Made by a program: the position numbers and the translations under genes
Notes under the pieces: generated by a model
What the model was told of the DNA's origin: nothing
The model's database searches: none
What the model saw: the letters and a program-made list of their open reading frames with translations, nothing else
Shown here: piece by piece, positions 30,001-38,593 of the stretch
How the letters are laid out: the number at the start of each line of letters is the position of its first letter
How positions within the stretch are numbered: position 1 is the stretch's first letter
Assembly: GCA_963668675.2 (NCBI GenBank)
Contig: CAXXMB010000002.1
Location: 192,001-256,000, forward strand
DNA: 64,000 nt
Origin: an uncultured Desulfatitalea sp.
GTDB lineage: Bacteria; Desulfobacterota; Desulfobacteria; Desulfobacterales; Desulfosarcinaceae
Direction: 5' to 3'

Positions 30001-32299
30001 CGAGGACGATACCGGCGACAGCCACGTCTGGGACACTGCGTCTTTGCCGGATGGCGATTACTTTGTCTATGCCGTGATTGAGGACGGCGTCAACCCACCG
30101 TTGATCCAGTACAGCCAAGGGCCCGTGACCATCAGCCATGAGCCCGTACCCACAAACGTCACCGCCGCAGTGGCGGGTTCCGGCATGTTCACCATCGCCC
30201 TGAGATCAGACGCCTCGGTCTGGATGTGGGGCAATTACATTCCCAACGGCGCCGGTGGATTCTATCAAAGCATCACACCGGTCCGCATTCAGGGCATTCC
30301 CAATGCCATCGCATTGGCTGACGGCACATACCCCACTCGGGTAGTGGCGGCCGATCGATCGCTCTGGGTTTGGGGGACCAACAACTACGGCCAGCTGGGC
30401 CTTGGAACGACGATCAACAACTGGATACCCACCCAGGTACCCGGAGTGACGGATGTTCAACAGGTCAGCACCAGCAACATGCATACGGTGATCCGCAAGA
30501 CGGACCGCACCCTGATGGCCACCGGCTTCAACTACAACGGCCAGCTTGGCGACGGATCAACGGTGAACCGAAACCAATTCGTCCCTGTGCAGGGGATGAG
30601 CAATATCGTCGACATTGCCTGCGGCAACACCCACACCGTGGCGCTCAGAGCCGACGGCACGGTCTGGACCTGGGGGCGGGGCTACGAAGGGGAATTGGGC
30701 AACGGCACCAACACGATGACCCAGCCTTCTCCGGTCCAGGCAGCCAACCTTTACAGCGTGGTGAATGTGGCCAGCGGAAGACATTTTTCCGCCGCCCTGA
30801 AATCCGACGGCACGGTCTGGACGTGGGGAGAAAACGGGAGCTATCAGCTTGGCGACGGCACCACCATCGACCACAACACGCCGGTCCAGGTACCCGGCAT
30901 TCCAACGATGGTCGCCATTGCCTGCGGCGCCGACAACATGTTTGCCCTCACTGCCAACGGCATCATCTGGGCGTGGGGCAACAATGCCGAAGGACAGACC
31001 GGCCTCGGCACATCGACGAACCTTATCACCACTCCCACGGCAACAACGGAAATCACCAATGTCTCCAGAATCTTCGCCGGCGCCGATTCGGGGTATGCCA
31101 TCCAATACAACGGCATGTTGCATGCCTGGGGCGACAATGGATTGGGCCAGATCGGCGACGGCACCACCAACATCCGGTTCAGCCCGGTACAGACCGTGGG
31201 CGAAAACGGGGAGGGTTTTTTCCAGTTGATAACCGGCAGCAGCCCGCCCCCCACGGCCACCCTGACGGCCACGCCGGCCCAGATCAACCAGTCCGAATCC
31301 ACCACCCTGACCTGGTCCACCACGGACGCAGACACCGTGACCATAAGTGAGATAGGAAGCGTTGCACCCAACGGAGAGCATACTGTGGCCCCAAGCCAGA
31401 CCAGCACCTATATCCTCACCGCTCTGGGGTCCGGTGGCGTTGTCACGGCAACTGCAACCGTGGACGTGATCTCACCCATCACCATCACCATCACCCACCC
31501 GGCCGCATCGCATGTGGATCGACCGGATATCCTGGTGGCCGGTACGGTGACCCATGCCAACGGTCTTGAGACCAGGGTCCTAGTCAACGATATACCGGCC
31601 ATGGTGTCCGACGGCCGGTTCGCCCTGAACCACCTGCCCCTGGCCGAGGGTGACAACACCATCACCATTACCGCCCTGGACGACCAGGGCAACTTCGCCC
31701 AGGAAGAGCTGACGATCGCCGCAAATACCGGCGAAGACTATGTCTCCCTGGAAGTTTCGCCGGAGAGCTGCCTCAGCCCGGCCGAAGTGAATCTAAGGAC
31801 AGGCGGCACCGTCACCCCGCAGTCGTCGACCCTCGCCGACACCGGACCAGGCGCCGTGACCTACCAGAGTGCCACCGCCAACACCTGGGATGCGTCCATG
31901 ACGGCTACCGGATTCTATTTCTTCACTCTGGAGGCTGTGGCCGCGAACAACCAGATGTATACCGACACCGTCGCCGTGCAGGTCTTGGACGAAGCCGCAA
32001 TGGACCAGAGCTTTAAAGCCAAGTGGAACCGCCTGCGAGCCGCCATGGCCGCCGGCGATGCCCAGGGTGCGCTCAATGAAATTTCCACACGCTCACGGGC
32101 CAGCTACGCGTATCATTTCAACCTGTTACCGCAGCACCTGCCGGTGGCGGCGGAGGAGTTGAGTGATATCCGGATGGTCTACATCCGCGAAACATTTGCC
32201 GAATACGAGATGATCTCCGTCTATCAAGGCCAGACCTATTCGTATCCGGTCAAGTTTATCCGCGACACCGACGGCGTCTGGCGGATTTGGGGATTTTAG
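27050..32299 (+). CDS. Large secreted/surface protein: 10 tandem beta-sandwich repeats, Ig-like domains, RCC1/BLIP-II propeller, C-terminal alpha/beta domain
   Basis: Signal peptide; 10 x ~82-aa Y.F...G.YLG...TD..G...F.L....Y..R.DY.G.QFWS; RCC1 repeats DGTVWTWG.N..GQLG.G. Confidence 0.88.
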   Translation: MSTHIQGGLMGFRAIRFKYLLMCLIAPCLMLHLASAAAAATFSFSVQGDISGPLAGVNVYAFTESGSYTGVHAATDLNGHALFTKEDLPDSDYRFRVDYLGGQFWSDPVTFPLADTAGFIIAEADLVFMVADSFNPLPSVNTYLFSESGAYLGLSSTTDAAGRAAYTLPADMSVKCRADYMGYQFWSAAVAASSGPQIDLTIPSQNLNITVQGVFQGATQPLEGIPAYLFKPPSSYMGAVLTTDADGRATFNLPDQVYKVRANYLGGQFWSNDFSASNTTIDIPLADAAISVTGNGAALSGIKVYVFSGAGAYLGVSGTTDAAGQVTFRLPAGEYKFRADYQNSQYWSVTGDLQADAVNPLGISTGGGTFALNVKKAPGLPMAGTNCYAFTASDSYLGLAAATDTSGQAHFALADGSCKFRIDHLGYQYWTDTVTIPDTLSITFTLPHQDATVTVTADYQGTLSSLADIPVYLFKPDGPYLGMNSTTNGAGEATFNLPANTYAVRADYLGQQFWSDPFNGQTVQIEIPTGMASVHVTSAGQDLAGVPVYIFTSSGAYLGIHDATDGTGTVSFTLPAGSYRMRADYQGSQYWADAAVTADTVSLVNLSTGGGTFNLTINDGATALTDTPVYVFNTAGSYLGLSGTTDADGTITFDLAEGGYRFRVDLLGAQFWSADYNVPDILTGTFTIAHQDLTATVQNDYPSIQGLANVPTYLFSAAGAYLGCSANTDADGRVVYRLPDQGYKIRADYLGNQFWSEVFQSQDTILTISHGMAEIHVARAGSDLAGALVYLFSATDTYLGWSQTTDAAGRVSFLLPTASYKFRIDETGRQHWSPLTAVPAGQAIEVPIVIDPLAVMLSATPTLIAPGQDATLTWTSENAETCTIEPDIGFVDLQGSIQVSPTETITYTITAARDTATVSESVTVTVNAPPEFTLIEPDGTADTADQAFTITWNDADPDDDAQISLFYDTDAVGADGTLIVQAVSEDDTGDSHVWDTASLPDGDYFVYAVIEDGVNPPLIQYSQGPVTISHEPVPTNVTAAVAGSGMFTIALRSDASVWMWGNYIPNGAGGFYQSITPVRIQGIPNAIALADGTYPTRVVAADRSLWVWGTNNYGQLGLGTTINNWIPTQVPGVTDVQQVSTSNMHTVIRKTDRTLMATGFNYNGQLGDGSTVNRNQFVPVQGMSNIVDIACGNTHTVALRADGTVWTWGRGYEGELGNGTNTMTQPSPVQAANLYSVVNVASGRHFSAALKSDGTVWTWGENGSYQLGDGTTIDHNTPVQVPGIPTMVAIACGADNMFALTANGIIWAWGNNAEGQTGLGTSTNLITTPTATTEITNVSRIFAGADSGYAIQYNGMLHAWGDNGLGQIGDGTTNIRFSPVQTVGENGEGFFQLITGSSPPPTATLTATPAQINQSESTTLTWSTTDADTVTISEIGSVAPNGEHTVAPSQTSTYILTALGSGGVVTATATVDVISPITITITHPAASHVDRPDILVAGTVTHANGLETRVLVNDIPAMVSDGRFALNHLPLAEGDNTITITALDDQGNFAQEELTIAANTGEDYVSLEVSPESCLSPAEVNLRTGGTVTPQSSTLADTGPGAVTYQSATANTWDASMTATGFYFFTLEAVAANNQMYTDTVAVQVLDEAAMDQSFKAKWNRLRAAMAAGDAQGALNEISTRSRASYAYHFNLLPQHLPVAAEELSDIRMVYIRETFAEYEMISVYQGQTYSYPVKFIRDTDGVWRIWGF

Positions 32300-32401
32300 C
32301 TGCATCTTGGCAAAATGTACCATTTTTCGATCATTACGGGTTGCGGAAAAAATAAAACCACCAAACCATGTCCCAAGAACAACCGAAAAAGGGGATCCTG
32401 A

Positions 32402-34543
32402 ATGCTTAAGAAAATAAAGACTTGCATAGCAGCGGCAACAATAAGCCTTGTGTTTGCAGGCCAAACTTGGGCGCTCGAAGGACGGAGCCACCAGATGATC
32501 AATGAGCACATTATCGAGCACGGCGATCAATTCGGTCTCGATTTGGATCAATTCTTGAGAGATAACCTGAAGCTTGAATTTGGCGCTTTTACTTACTTGA
32601 CAGCAAGCCAGGAGGTTATGACGGTTTCAGGTTGGTGCGGAAAAGGCGGTGAAAAGGAAGATTCTCCAGCTTCGCGAACTATTTACCATTTTCATGATCC
32701 AACCAAAGAATTAGGCATAGCAGGTTTGCTCGACTCGGATCAATCGGCGGTACGTTGGGCCCAACAACAAAGTGATAATTTTTTGTTTGGGGGGAAGTAT
32801 TCCTGGCAAGATGCCCGGCTTTTCTATTACAATGCATTAACTGCCACATCGACTGAAAATCGCGACGAGAGCCTGGCCAACGCGTTTCGTTCTATCGGAC
32901 AGGTCATGCATCTTCTACAGGATATGTCCGTACCTGAGCATGTGCGCGATGACCCTCATATTTTAAACACGCTCATCGGCGGCTGGACCTCCTATTCCTG
33001 CTACGAGAAATATGTTCGCACCAAAGTAACCACTGCTGGTGACTTTCCTGACTTTACTGATAACTGGTTCGGTAACATACGTTTCTATGACCCAACGACA
33101 CTTATATCGCCAAGCGCGTTCGTAAGCGCCGCACCTATTCCGATCGCCAATTTGTTTGACAGGCATGCACTCGGTGGCTTCTTCGGGCTGCCCGATGATC
33201 CTACGTCCGGTCTTGCCGAATATACCAATCTGAATTATTTCTCGGATGATACTGTTCTATCGGAGGAGTACACATACCCCCGCATCGAAGATCTCGAATT
33301 CGTAGCGGCAATCCCTACGCAGATTTCAGGTGCGACAGCCCCGCGACGTTATTTGAAGGTCAGTGACGGCACAGCATTTGAAAAAGTGCAACGCCTTGCG
33401 ACGGCCAGTCGCTATTACGATTCCCTGATGGAGAATTATCCTGACGAAACAATAAAATATAGGTGGGTTCTCGATGACGATTGCTATCAGAATTATGCCC
33501 AGTTTTTAATTCCAAGGGCAATGGGCTATGCATCCAGCATACCAAGTTACTTTTTCCGCGGCAGGCTCGAAGTGGAATCGACCCCTTTTTTCAGCGACAA
33601 CAAACTCAGCAAAATAAGGCTCAAAATACGGAATGTCTCCCAGAGCCAGGAAGACTTCTCAGGCGGCACCTGCGCATTCTCGATCTCGTTCATGAATGAG
33701 GGTGGCAATACACGCATCCTGCTCCCGCTCATCAATTTTTCACTGCAATCTTTGCCCTATGACGAAGCGATTGTTATTGCCACCGATTTGCCACCTGACC
33801 TGAACTACACCATACCGACCTCTGAATATGAAAGCGTGCTCGGCATTCTGGCCCTGGCCGGCACCTTGGGCAATGAGGAGGGAGCCGTGATCGGCCACGT
33901 TTTCGACCTGGCTGGGAATATTCTTTTTAACGAAGAGTGGGAGAACGGGCTTAGCGGGAATCATCCCTGGCAGCACATGGAACAGACCGATCCCAACCGA
34001 CCCTACAACGGCAGCACACTCAACGAAACCGTCAGTGGGCCCAACCCGAGCGATCCCACTTTCCTGATCAAAGAGAATATCCGCTTTCAAGGCCAGGACT
34101 ATCACCAATGGAACAACACCTGGCTGACCGAGGAGGCGCTGGGCGGCATCATTTTGACGGAAAACACCTTCATGCAACTCAAAATCGACAATGTGGACAG
34201 CAGCAATTTACCGGAGGGCGAACACTCCCAGGGCCTCATTCTGAACATACAGGCCGGGGGTTTTCCCTTCACCCTGTTTATCCACCAACCGGGTCAGGGC
34301 TACTTCAACAACGCCGGGGTCCATAATCTGGTGACCTGGAGCTATGACTTCAACTCCGGTCCCATCGTTATCAATCTTCATACTCTGTTCACCAGCAACG
34401 GATTGCCGATACCGACCCACGTCAATTCCATCGAATTCTGGCAACAGATCGTAGACTATGCCACCCAGACCGCACCCGAGGACCAGATCCAGCACATGGA
34501 GATCGATTATCTTCGATTTGTGGAGTCGGTCAGTGAGGATTAA
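32402..34543 (+). CDS. Secreted protein with N-terminal zinc-dependent phospholipase C / P1-nuclease-like domain
   Basis: Signal peptide followed by ...SHQMIN, EKED, YHFHDP, GQVMHLLQDMSVPEH.R.D.H, YEKY (PLC/P1-type metal ligand pattern). Confidence 0.65.
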   Translation: MLKKIKTCIAAATISLVFAGQTWALEGRSHQMINEHIIEHGDQFGLDLDQFLRDNLKLEFGAFTYLTASQEVMTVSGWCGKGGEKEDSPASRTIYHFHDPTKELGIAGLLDSDQSAVRWAQQQSDNFLFGGKYSWQDARLFYYNALTATSTENRDESLANAFRSIGQVMHLLQDMSVPEHVRDDPHILNTLIGGWTSYSCYEKYVRTKVTTAGDFPDFTDNWFGNIRFYDPTTLISPSAFVSAAPIPIANLFDRHALGGFFGLPDDPTSGLAEYTNLNYFSDDTVLSEEYTYPRIEDLEFVAAIPTQISGATAPRRYLKVSDGTAFEKVQRLATASRYYDSLMENYPDETIKYRWVLDDDCYQNYAQFLIPRAMGYASSIPSYFFRGRLEVESTPFFSDNKLSKIRLKIRNVSQSQEDFSGGTCAFSISFMNEGGNTRILLPLINFSLQSLPYDEAIVIATDLPPDLNYTIPTSEYESVLGILALAGTLGNEEGAVIGHVFDLAGNILFNEEWENGLSGNHPWQHMEQTDPNRPYNGSTLNETVSGPNPSDPTFLIKENIRFQGQDYHQWNNTWLTEEALGGIILTENTFMQLKIDNVDSSNLPEGEHSQGLILNIQAGGFPFTLFIHQPGQGYFNNAGVHNLVTWSYDFNSGPIVINLHTLFTSNGLPIPTHVNSIEFWQQIVDYATQTAPEDQIQHMEIDYLRFVESVSED

Positions 34544-34547
34544 TGAC

Positions 34548-34587
34548 CTCCGTCCCCTTTCCTCTCCGAGGAAAGGGAAGGGGCGGA
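34548..34587. terminator. GC-rich hairpin after the PLC-like gene
   Basis: CTCCGTCCCCTTTCCT...GGAAAGGGAAGGGGCGGAG; no U-tract on the + strand. Confidence 0.35.
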
Positions 34588-34608
34588 GAATGAATCAAAG
34601 GGGAAATA

Positions 34609-36304
34609 GGGCTTAATGAATAAAGACTAATCTTTTGATATAATTATCTAAACATGCTATATTTTTAGAAATAAGTGTAAAGAAAACCCCCATCTTCGAC
34701 AAAAACCCTTGCACTCTTTCCCAGGAAAAAATGTATCGACATAACCAAAGACAGCTCCAATTTTGAAGGTTTTTATCTACCTTTCGGTGGCAAATTACGC
34801 AGTGGCAATCACTGGGTAAAGCTGGCCAAGTTCATACCGTGGGAAAAATTTGAACCTGCATATGCCAAGACCTTGGCCAGTCAAGATAAAGGACCTCCTG
34901 CGATGTCTGTGCGTGTGGCCTTGGGAACTCTTATCATCAAAGAGCGGCTCGGGACCAGTGATGAAGAACGGTTGAGCAGATCAGTGAGAACCCGTATCTC
35001 CAGAACTTTTTAGGTTTCGAATCCTTTAAACTCGAACACCCATTTGATCCATCCATGCTGGTTCATTTTCGTAAACGGCTGAGCATGGACTTCGTCTGCA
35101 AAATTAATGAACAGATCAATCAAAAGGCATTCGGCCAGAAAAAGGCCCAATCAGACCCATCCGATGATGACAATGATCAATCCAATAGCGGATCATCCGG
35201 GAAAAAGAACGTAAACCGAGGCAAACTCCTGATCAATGCCACCTGCACACCCGCTGACATTACCTTTCCGACGTATCTGAAAATTTTGAACACTGCCCGG
35301 GAAAAAAGTGAACAAATCATTGATGTCCTTCACAAGCCTCATAAAGGCATGATAAAAAAGCCGCGGACTTATAGCATTAGAACCCGTCGTGATTTTTTGG
35401 CTATTGCCAAAAGCAAAAAGGTGTCAAAGAACAAACTCCGAAAGGCCATCCGTAAGCAGCTTGGGTATCTTCGTCGGAACCTGAAAAGCATAGTGAAGCT
35501 ATCCGAAAAAAGCCCACTGCTGTTGCTGAGCAAACGCCAGTATCGAGACCTGCTGGTGATCCATGAAGTTTATCGCCAACAAAGATGGATGTACGACAAT
35601 AACCAGAACAGAATTGACGATCGCATTGTCAGCATCTCTCAACCTCATGTTCGGCCGATCAAGCGTGGAGAGGCAAAAGCATCCACCGAGTTCGGGGCTA
35701 AAATATCAGCAAGTCTGGTCGAAGGGTACACGTTTTTAGACCATCTGAGTTGGGACAATTTCAATGAATCGCTTGATCTGAAGCCCCAGATTAAGGCCTT
35801 TCACAAGCGTTTTGGATGCTACCCGGAATAGGTTCATGCAGACAAAATCTACAGAACTCGGGACGATATCAAATATTGCAAGAAGAACAACGTCCGTTTG
35901 TCAGGACCACCTTTAGGAAGACCTCCCAAAGAAAAAGAACTACAAAAAGAGATAAGAAAACAAACCCGTCAGGATGAACTTGATCGCATACCCATCGAGG
36001 GAAAATTTGGACAAGGCAAACGACGGTTCAGTTTGTCAAAGATCATGTGCAAATTGTCCGATACATCAGCATCAGCGATTGCGATAGCATTTTTGGTGTT
36101 GAGCCTTGAGAAATGGCTGGCAGCCATTCTTTTTTATCTCATTTCACTGCTTGATATACGCTCTTATGTGTCATTTAAAGGCCACAGGAGCCAAAATATG
36201 GTGCCATTTTCTTCATCTATCTATTGCTGGGAATGACAGTCCACCATATAAAAATTAGGTGTATTGCAGGGCAATCAAGGACTTTTAGATTATTCAGGAA
36301 GCCC
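34609..36304 (+). mobile_element. IS5-family insertion sequence, inactivated
   Basis: Inverted repeats GGGCTTAATGAATAA / TTATTCAGGAAGCCC with TA on each side; internal transposase fragments. Confidence 0.88.
34731..36236 (+). pseudogene. IS5-family DDE transposase pseudogene
   Basis: LPFGGKL..., ENPYLQ.FLG, FDPSMLVHFRKR, RIVSISQPHVRPIKRG, EFGAK, IEGKFGQGKRRF; frameshifts near 34760 and 34970, in-frame TAG at 35829, catalytic D replaced (INATC). Confidence 0.9.
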
Positions 36305-36316
36305 TAATTACTGGTG

Positions 36317-36402
36317 GTTCACCGCCGCACAGGCGGCTTAGAAATCACAATCGGGTCGGAAATATACGAGCATGTTCACCCGCTACACAGAAGCGAGGGA
36401 AC
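36317..36402 (+). CRISPR. Orphan type I-F CRISPR unit: one intact repeat, a 29-nt spacer and one degenerate repeat
   Basis: GTTCACCGCCGCACAGGCGGCTTAGAAA (36317-36344; 28 nt, CCGCC/GGCGG stem) matches the I-F repeat architecture; second copy GTTCACCCGCTACACAGAAGC... from 36374. Confidence 0.8.
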
Positions 36403-36643
36403 AGCTATGATCTTATGCCTTCACTTAGGTGGACCTGCGATATCCACTGGATTTCTGTAGGGATTTACGATTTTGTGAAACCACAGATATGTCTTTAGGA
36501 TCTCAGCAATATTGCGACTGGACAACCTTATGATTACATAGCGATATCGCATTGCCTGACCAAATTAGAACACTTTGCCAATAACACCAGTTAATGTTTA
36601 CGCGTAACTCGGTGTCCGACTCTACTGAACCACATTATCAACA

Positions 36644-36715
36644 CGTCATGACGGCCTTGAGCCGGAATCCAGAAATCATTTAAAAAACTGGATTCTGGCT
36701 TTCGCCAGAATGACG
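36644..36715. repeat. CGTC-type REP palindrome pair (same family as the core of 15626-15770)
   Basis: CGTCATGACGGCCTTGAGCCGGAATCCAGAA...CTGGATTCTGGCTTTCGCCAGAATGACG. Confidence 0.75.
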
Positions 36716-36773
36716 AAAGAATCACTTTGAGTTTTTTTAAAACCTCACAATTTTCTAAGGTAGAATAATCGCC

Positions 36774-37163
36774 CTACTTTAACTTTTCGAGCATCTCCCC
36801 CATCATGCGATGGATCAAATTGATGGCTTTCAACGGACGAATCATCACTTTGAAATCGACAATCCTGCCATCCTCCCCCCAGGTGATCATATCCACGCCG
36901 TTGATGACGATGCCGTCGATCTCGGTGAGAAACTCGAGTACGGCATGGTTGTCGGAAGTAATTTCACGCAAGTATTTGAAGGTGCCGTTGTTGAGCACGT
37001 GCATGGCGGCTGCCAGGTAAAGCTTGGTGATCGGTTTGCCCTCTTGGGGTGTGTGTACGACCGGAGAGTGAAACACCACTTCATCTGCAAGAATGCGATC
37101 CAGCGCTGCTTCGTCTTTCGATGCCACCAATTCGTGCCAGGCTTTCAATGTGTTTTCTATCAT
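36774..37163 (-). CDS. NTF2/SnoaL-like protein, copy 1
   Basis: LADEVVFHSPVVHTPQEGK, NGVDMI, GRIVDFKVMIRPLKA; protein identical to 40446-40835. Confidence 0.9.
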   Translation of the reverse strand: MIENTLKAWHELVASKDEAALDRILADEVVFHSPVVHTPQEGKPITKLYLAAAMHVLNNGTFKYLREITSDNHAVLEFLTEIDGIVINGVDMITWGEDGRIVDFKVMIRPLKAINLIHRMMGEMLEKLK

Positions 37164-37237
37164 CTTTCAATTCTTTCCTTTTTTCTTCTGGTTGACAGGT
37201 TGGTACAGCTTTCTTCTATGTACAAAAGCTTCAGCGC

Positions 37238-37270
37238 CGTTACGGGCGGGCATGAAGCCCGCCCCTACGA
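37238..37270 (-). repeat. GTAG-type REP hairpin (also present in repeat copy 2 at about 40910-40942)
   Basis: Minus strand CGTAGGGGCGGGCTTCATGCCCGCCCGTAACG. Confidence 0.65.
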
Positions 37271-37573
37271 GGGCAGTGTGCCAAACGACTGTGTATCTTG
37301 GGGCTTGGTTTTATGCCCGACCGGGTCAGGAGGCAATGGCGTACTTTTGCCTGACCGCCTGGGCGATTTCACTGGTGATCGTCAGTGCGCGGTCCGCCTC
37401 TTCGGGTTTGAATATCACCAGGCAATTGATGGAGGACGGACGATTGATGGTGGACGTGTATGTTTCTATGCATTTTTTGGAATACTGGGATTATATTGAT
37501 GAAAAAAGCATAAAAACATAGGCGTCCCCATACGCCCCCCAAACAACCAATTACATGAGTTCCAATAAAATTA

Positions 37574-37794
37574 TCCGGTTCTCTATGAAGGTTAAGTTAA
37601 CATTCGAAATAGCAATTAGCGTCATTCCGGGCTTGACCCGGAATCCAGTATTTCCAATCTTTGCTGGATGCCGGATCAAGTCCGGCATGACGTTGCAGAA
37701 ATTTTCGACATGCCCTTTATCCTTTTCATTCAAAAAGGAAATTTCGGTCTGAACGCCCTATAGCTGGCCAACTTAATCTTCATAGAGAACCGGG
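37574..37794. mobile_element. MITE with 24-bp terminal inverted repeats, target-site duplication and internal REP pair
   Basis: CCGGTTCTCTATGAAGGTTAAGTT / AACTTAATCTTCATAGAGAACCGG; TAAAATTA(T) on both sides; CGTCATTCCGGGCTTGACCCGGAATCCAG...GGCATGACG at 37620-37692. Confidence 0.85.
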
Positions 37795-37804
37795 TAAAAT
37801 TATT

Positions 37805-38023
37805 TTAATTACTGGCAACAAGTCTCAATGCGTTATCTTTCTGATTAGGAAACAAATCCGCCGGCACATTCGCTTTACCTATCTTTTTGAAAACAATATA
37901 CCTGGCGCATTCCGTGTTATCACCGAGACAATACTTTTTTTTTATCATTTCAGCAGTTCCAGGTTTATTTGCCATTTTGTCATTGAAAAAAGGACATGTG
38001 GGTAAGCATTCACAATTCGCCAT
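37805..38023 (-). CDS. Small four-cysteine conserved-type protein
   Basis: CE....CPFF...KYC.G....CARY...VP.DLFPN; AAAGGAG RBS. Confidence 0.8.
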   Translation of the reverse strand: MANCECLPTCPFFNDKMANKPGTAEMIKKKYCLGDNTECARYIVFKKIGKANVPADLFPNQKDNALRLVASN

Positions 38024-38409
38024 ATCGGACTCCTTTCTGTTTTCCTGATCGTTAAGGCGTTAAACTCATCCCATTTATATGTTCGGCTGCCCACAGGCAA
38101 ACTAAAGAGAAATAATTTCTATTAACCTTCCAAACTAGTGCATGATTCACCGTTTTGGAGTACTTACTGGAAATTGCGCAATCAGAAGCATTCTTTGCTA
38201 TTAAAAAAATGAAGGGCATCGGCCGCCTGGTAGCACCAAATAGAAGCTTGGCTGAATTCCACAGGAGGGATTCTTTCGCGGTCAAATTTTGATCGGCAGT
38301 GAATAAAGGAAATTTTCGATCACTCCAGGTCCAGATATGGATCCCGCCGAATCGTCAAACCGCTTCAGACCGATTGACTATAAATTGGCCGCTATAAGGC
38401 CGCTATAAG

Positions 38410-38580
38410 GTAGGACGAATCATGCGACAGATGGGACTTAAAGCCAACCCCCCCAACAAGGTCTGGACGGCCAATATCAGTTACGTGTGGACCTTTGAAG
38501 GCTGGTTATACCTGGCCGTCATCATGGATTTGTATTGTCGCTAAATCGTTGGCTGGTCCATGGACAAACGAATGAGATGA
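38410..38580 (+). pseudogene. IS3-family transposase (integrase core) remnant
   Basis: Translates as [54 protein letters not shown]. Confidence 0.88.
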
Positions 38581-38593
38581 GAAAAAGCAGTAT

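Larger units (their letters stand above)
36774..37422. repeat. 649-bp direct repeat, copy 1
   Basis: Near-identical to 40446-41094 at a constant offset of 3672 bp. Confidence 0.95.

Noticed and set aside
35829..35831. In-frame TAG in the transposase as possible pyrrolysine readthrough
   Set aside because: The same gene has frameshifts and a lost catalytic Asp, so simple decay explains it.
36810..37521. Plus-strand ORFs over the duplicated segment (also 40176-41295)
   Set aside because: Antisense to the SnoaL and MetE-like genes and running through REP sequence.
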